Assembly (NCBI GenBank): GCA_965214005.1
Contig: CBDCAQ010000009.1
Span: forward strand, 79,758-143,757
Reading direction: 5' to 3'
Source: Bryobacteraceae bacterium
GTDB taxonomy: Bacteria > Acidobacteriota > Terriglobia > Bryobacterales > Bryobacteraceae
Length of the DNA stretch: 64,000 nt
Every line of letters begins with the position of its first letter. Positions within the stretch are counted from its first letter, which is position 1. The notes under the pieces were generated by a model. That model did not search any database. It saw only the letters and a program-made list of their open reading frames with translations, and had not been told where the DNA came from. Below, piece by piece: positions 62,872 through 64,000 of the stretch. Both the position numbers and the translations under genes were made by a program.

Positions 62872-63717
62872 ATGGACAAAACAGAACACACTATCCGCCA
62901 GCTACTCGCCGCACTTTCCGCCCAGGGCTACGATATCGGCGTCCTCACTGATGCAGGGATGTATCGCGTCGAAGCCGCGCCAGCTTCCCGCGTCCTGCGC
63001 ATGCTTCCCTTCCTCAAGCATCGCAATGCCCACGGCGCACACATCTACCTACGCCCCACCGGAGAAAGCTGCTACACGCTGCTGGACGATCTCACCGCCG
63101 CAACTCTTGCCCGCCTTACAGTCGAAGGCTACGCCCCCGCCGCCGTAATCGAGACAAGCCCCGGCAGCTTTCAGGCTTGGCTTAGACACCCGCAGCTGTT
63201 CCCCAAAGAGCTTGGCACCCTCGCCGCGAAAACTCTTGCCGAGCAGTTCAGCGCAGATCGCAGCGCCGCCGATTGGCGCAGGTTCGGTCGTGCCCCCGGC
63301 TTCACCAACCGTAAGCCGCAGCACCGCAACCCGCAGGGCTTTTACCCTTTCGCCCATCTTCGCAGTTCTACCGGAACAGTCTTCCCCGAAGCCGACGCCT
63401 TCCGCGCCCGATTGCTCACGATCCAGCAGAAGGCAGAAGCTGAACGCGCTGCCATGCGTCTCAGCTTCGCAGCCCGGCCCTTCAGCCGGTACGCCGCGCC
63501 CGTCACGCTCTCCCGCTTCCGTTCGTCGCCGAACTACCATGGACGGCCAGCCGCCGCAGATATGGCCTTCTGCATCGCCGCCGCCGCTCAAGGTTGGACC
63601 GAGTCCGACATCGCCGCCGCACTCAGCCGCGAATACCTCTCCCGCAATGCCAGCCGCTCCCGTCAAGCCGCCTACATCCGTCGCACACTTTCAAAAGCTC
63701 TTCGTTGGGCATCCTGA
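62872..63717 (+). CDS. RepB-type DNA primase domain protein (RSF1010 RepB'-like)
   Basis: NAHGAHIYLRP, LLDDL, PAAVIETSPGSFQAWL and GRAPGFTNRKP match the RepB_primase family motifs as I recall them. Confidence 0.65.
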   Translation: MDKTEHTIRQLLAALSAQGYDIGVLTDAGMYRVEAAPASRVLRMLPFLKHRNAHGAHIYLRPTGESCYTLLDDLTAATLARLTVEGYAPAAVIETSPGSFQAWLRHPQLFPKELGTLAAKTLAEQFSADRSAADWRRFGRAPGFTNRKPQHRNPQGFYPFAHLRSSTGTVFPEADAFRARLLTIQQKAEAERAAMRLSFAARPFSRYAAPVTLSRFRSSPNYHGRPAAADMAFCIAAAAQGWTESDIAAALSREYLSRNASRSRQAAYIRRTLSKALRWAS

Positions 63718-64000
63718 AAAACGCGCGGGAGAACCCCTTCGGATTCTCCCCAACCCTCTTTCCGCTCTTTTGACACGCTCTACACAGAGCGCGTGCTGAG
63801 GCCGTTCCCTCCTCAGACTCCTGCCTACCTTCCAACAATGCGACCTGTCGAGCCGAGGTACGCCCCCGGACCAAGCAGATTCAGCGGATTTAGGTTCACA
63901 GCAAAGTTCACTTCCAAGTCACGATTTACGATCCAACGCTTCGGTTCGGAGTGCCTATACTAACCACCTTCCGAGCCCCCTTGGAAGCAGGCCGAATAAC

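Larger units (their letters stand above)
59456..64000. mobile_element. partial conjugative-element/plasmid-derived module (ardC, hypothetical, parB-like, repB-primase), right end beyond the window
   Basis: The gene content is typical of ICE/plasmid maintenance and leading regions, and all genes are co-oriented. A decayed second copy of the ardC 5' end lies 9.7 kb upstream. No integrase, tRNA or att site is visible in the window. Confidence 0.55.

Noticed and set aside
61792-62889. 365-aa ORF antisense to the ParB-like gene
   Set aside because: Its Leu/Gly/Phe-rich runs are the mirror image of the E/K/Q-rich coiled-coil codons of the ParB-like gene. It has no independent start context or motifs.

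Overview
This 64-kb window looks like a chromosomal segment from an Acidobacteriota (Terriglobia-like) genome. That guess rests on two TonB-dependent receptors that start with a carboxypeptidase-regulatory-like domain (SISGTV.DTTGA), many secreted glycoside hydrolases and NHL/Ig/beta-helix surface proteins, and moderately high GC. All calls come from reading the ORF translations and DNA by eye; no HMM or BLAST was run.

Layout:
(1) 1-9.2 kb is a tightly packed sugar-catabolism cluster: SIS, SDR, FAD oxidoreductase, ROK kinase, PTE-like hydrolase, GRP-type transporter and ribokinase. It ends in an unusual fusion of a glycosidase-like domain with a formylglycine-generating-enzyme (FGE) fold.
(2) 9.3-17.7 kb holds two paralogous membrane-anchored winged-helix regulators bracketing a TonB receptor and an unknown secreted protein.
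(3) 18-28.4 kb is a plus-strand set: GH36, GH105, GH3, an NHL lipoprotein and a decayed beta-helix pseudogene.
(4) 28.5-47.6 kb is a long minus-strand array: GH3, GH42-like and GH125, then TonB receptor, beta-helix lipoprotein, a 1,235-aa NHL/Ig/MBG protein, a second beta-helix protein and a heparinase II/III-like protein.
(5) 48.3-49.5 kb is a divergent FMN-reductase/MarR pair with two palindromic operators.
(6) 49.7-59.9 kb contains a giant (about 2,700 aa) GH2-like/Ig/discoidin/DUF1566/GH64-like protein. It is bracketed by diverged direct repeats of the 5' end and leader of an ardC-like gene.
(7) 59.5-64 kb is a conjugative-element or plasmid-type module (ArdC, small unknown protein, ParB-like, RepB-type primase) that runs off the window.

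I saw no rRNA, tRNA or CRISPR array. The candidates I consider most novel are the giant dual-glycosidase protein as repeat-bracketed cargo, the TonB-receptor/beta-helix/NHL/heparinase operon, and the paralogous transmembrane regulators.
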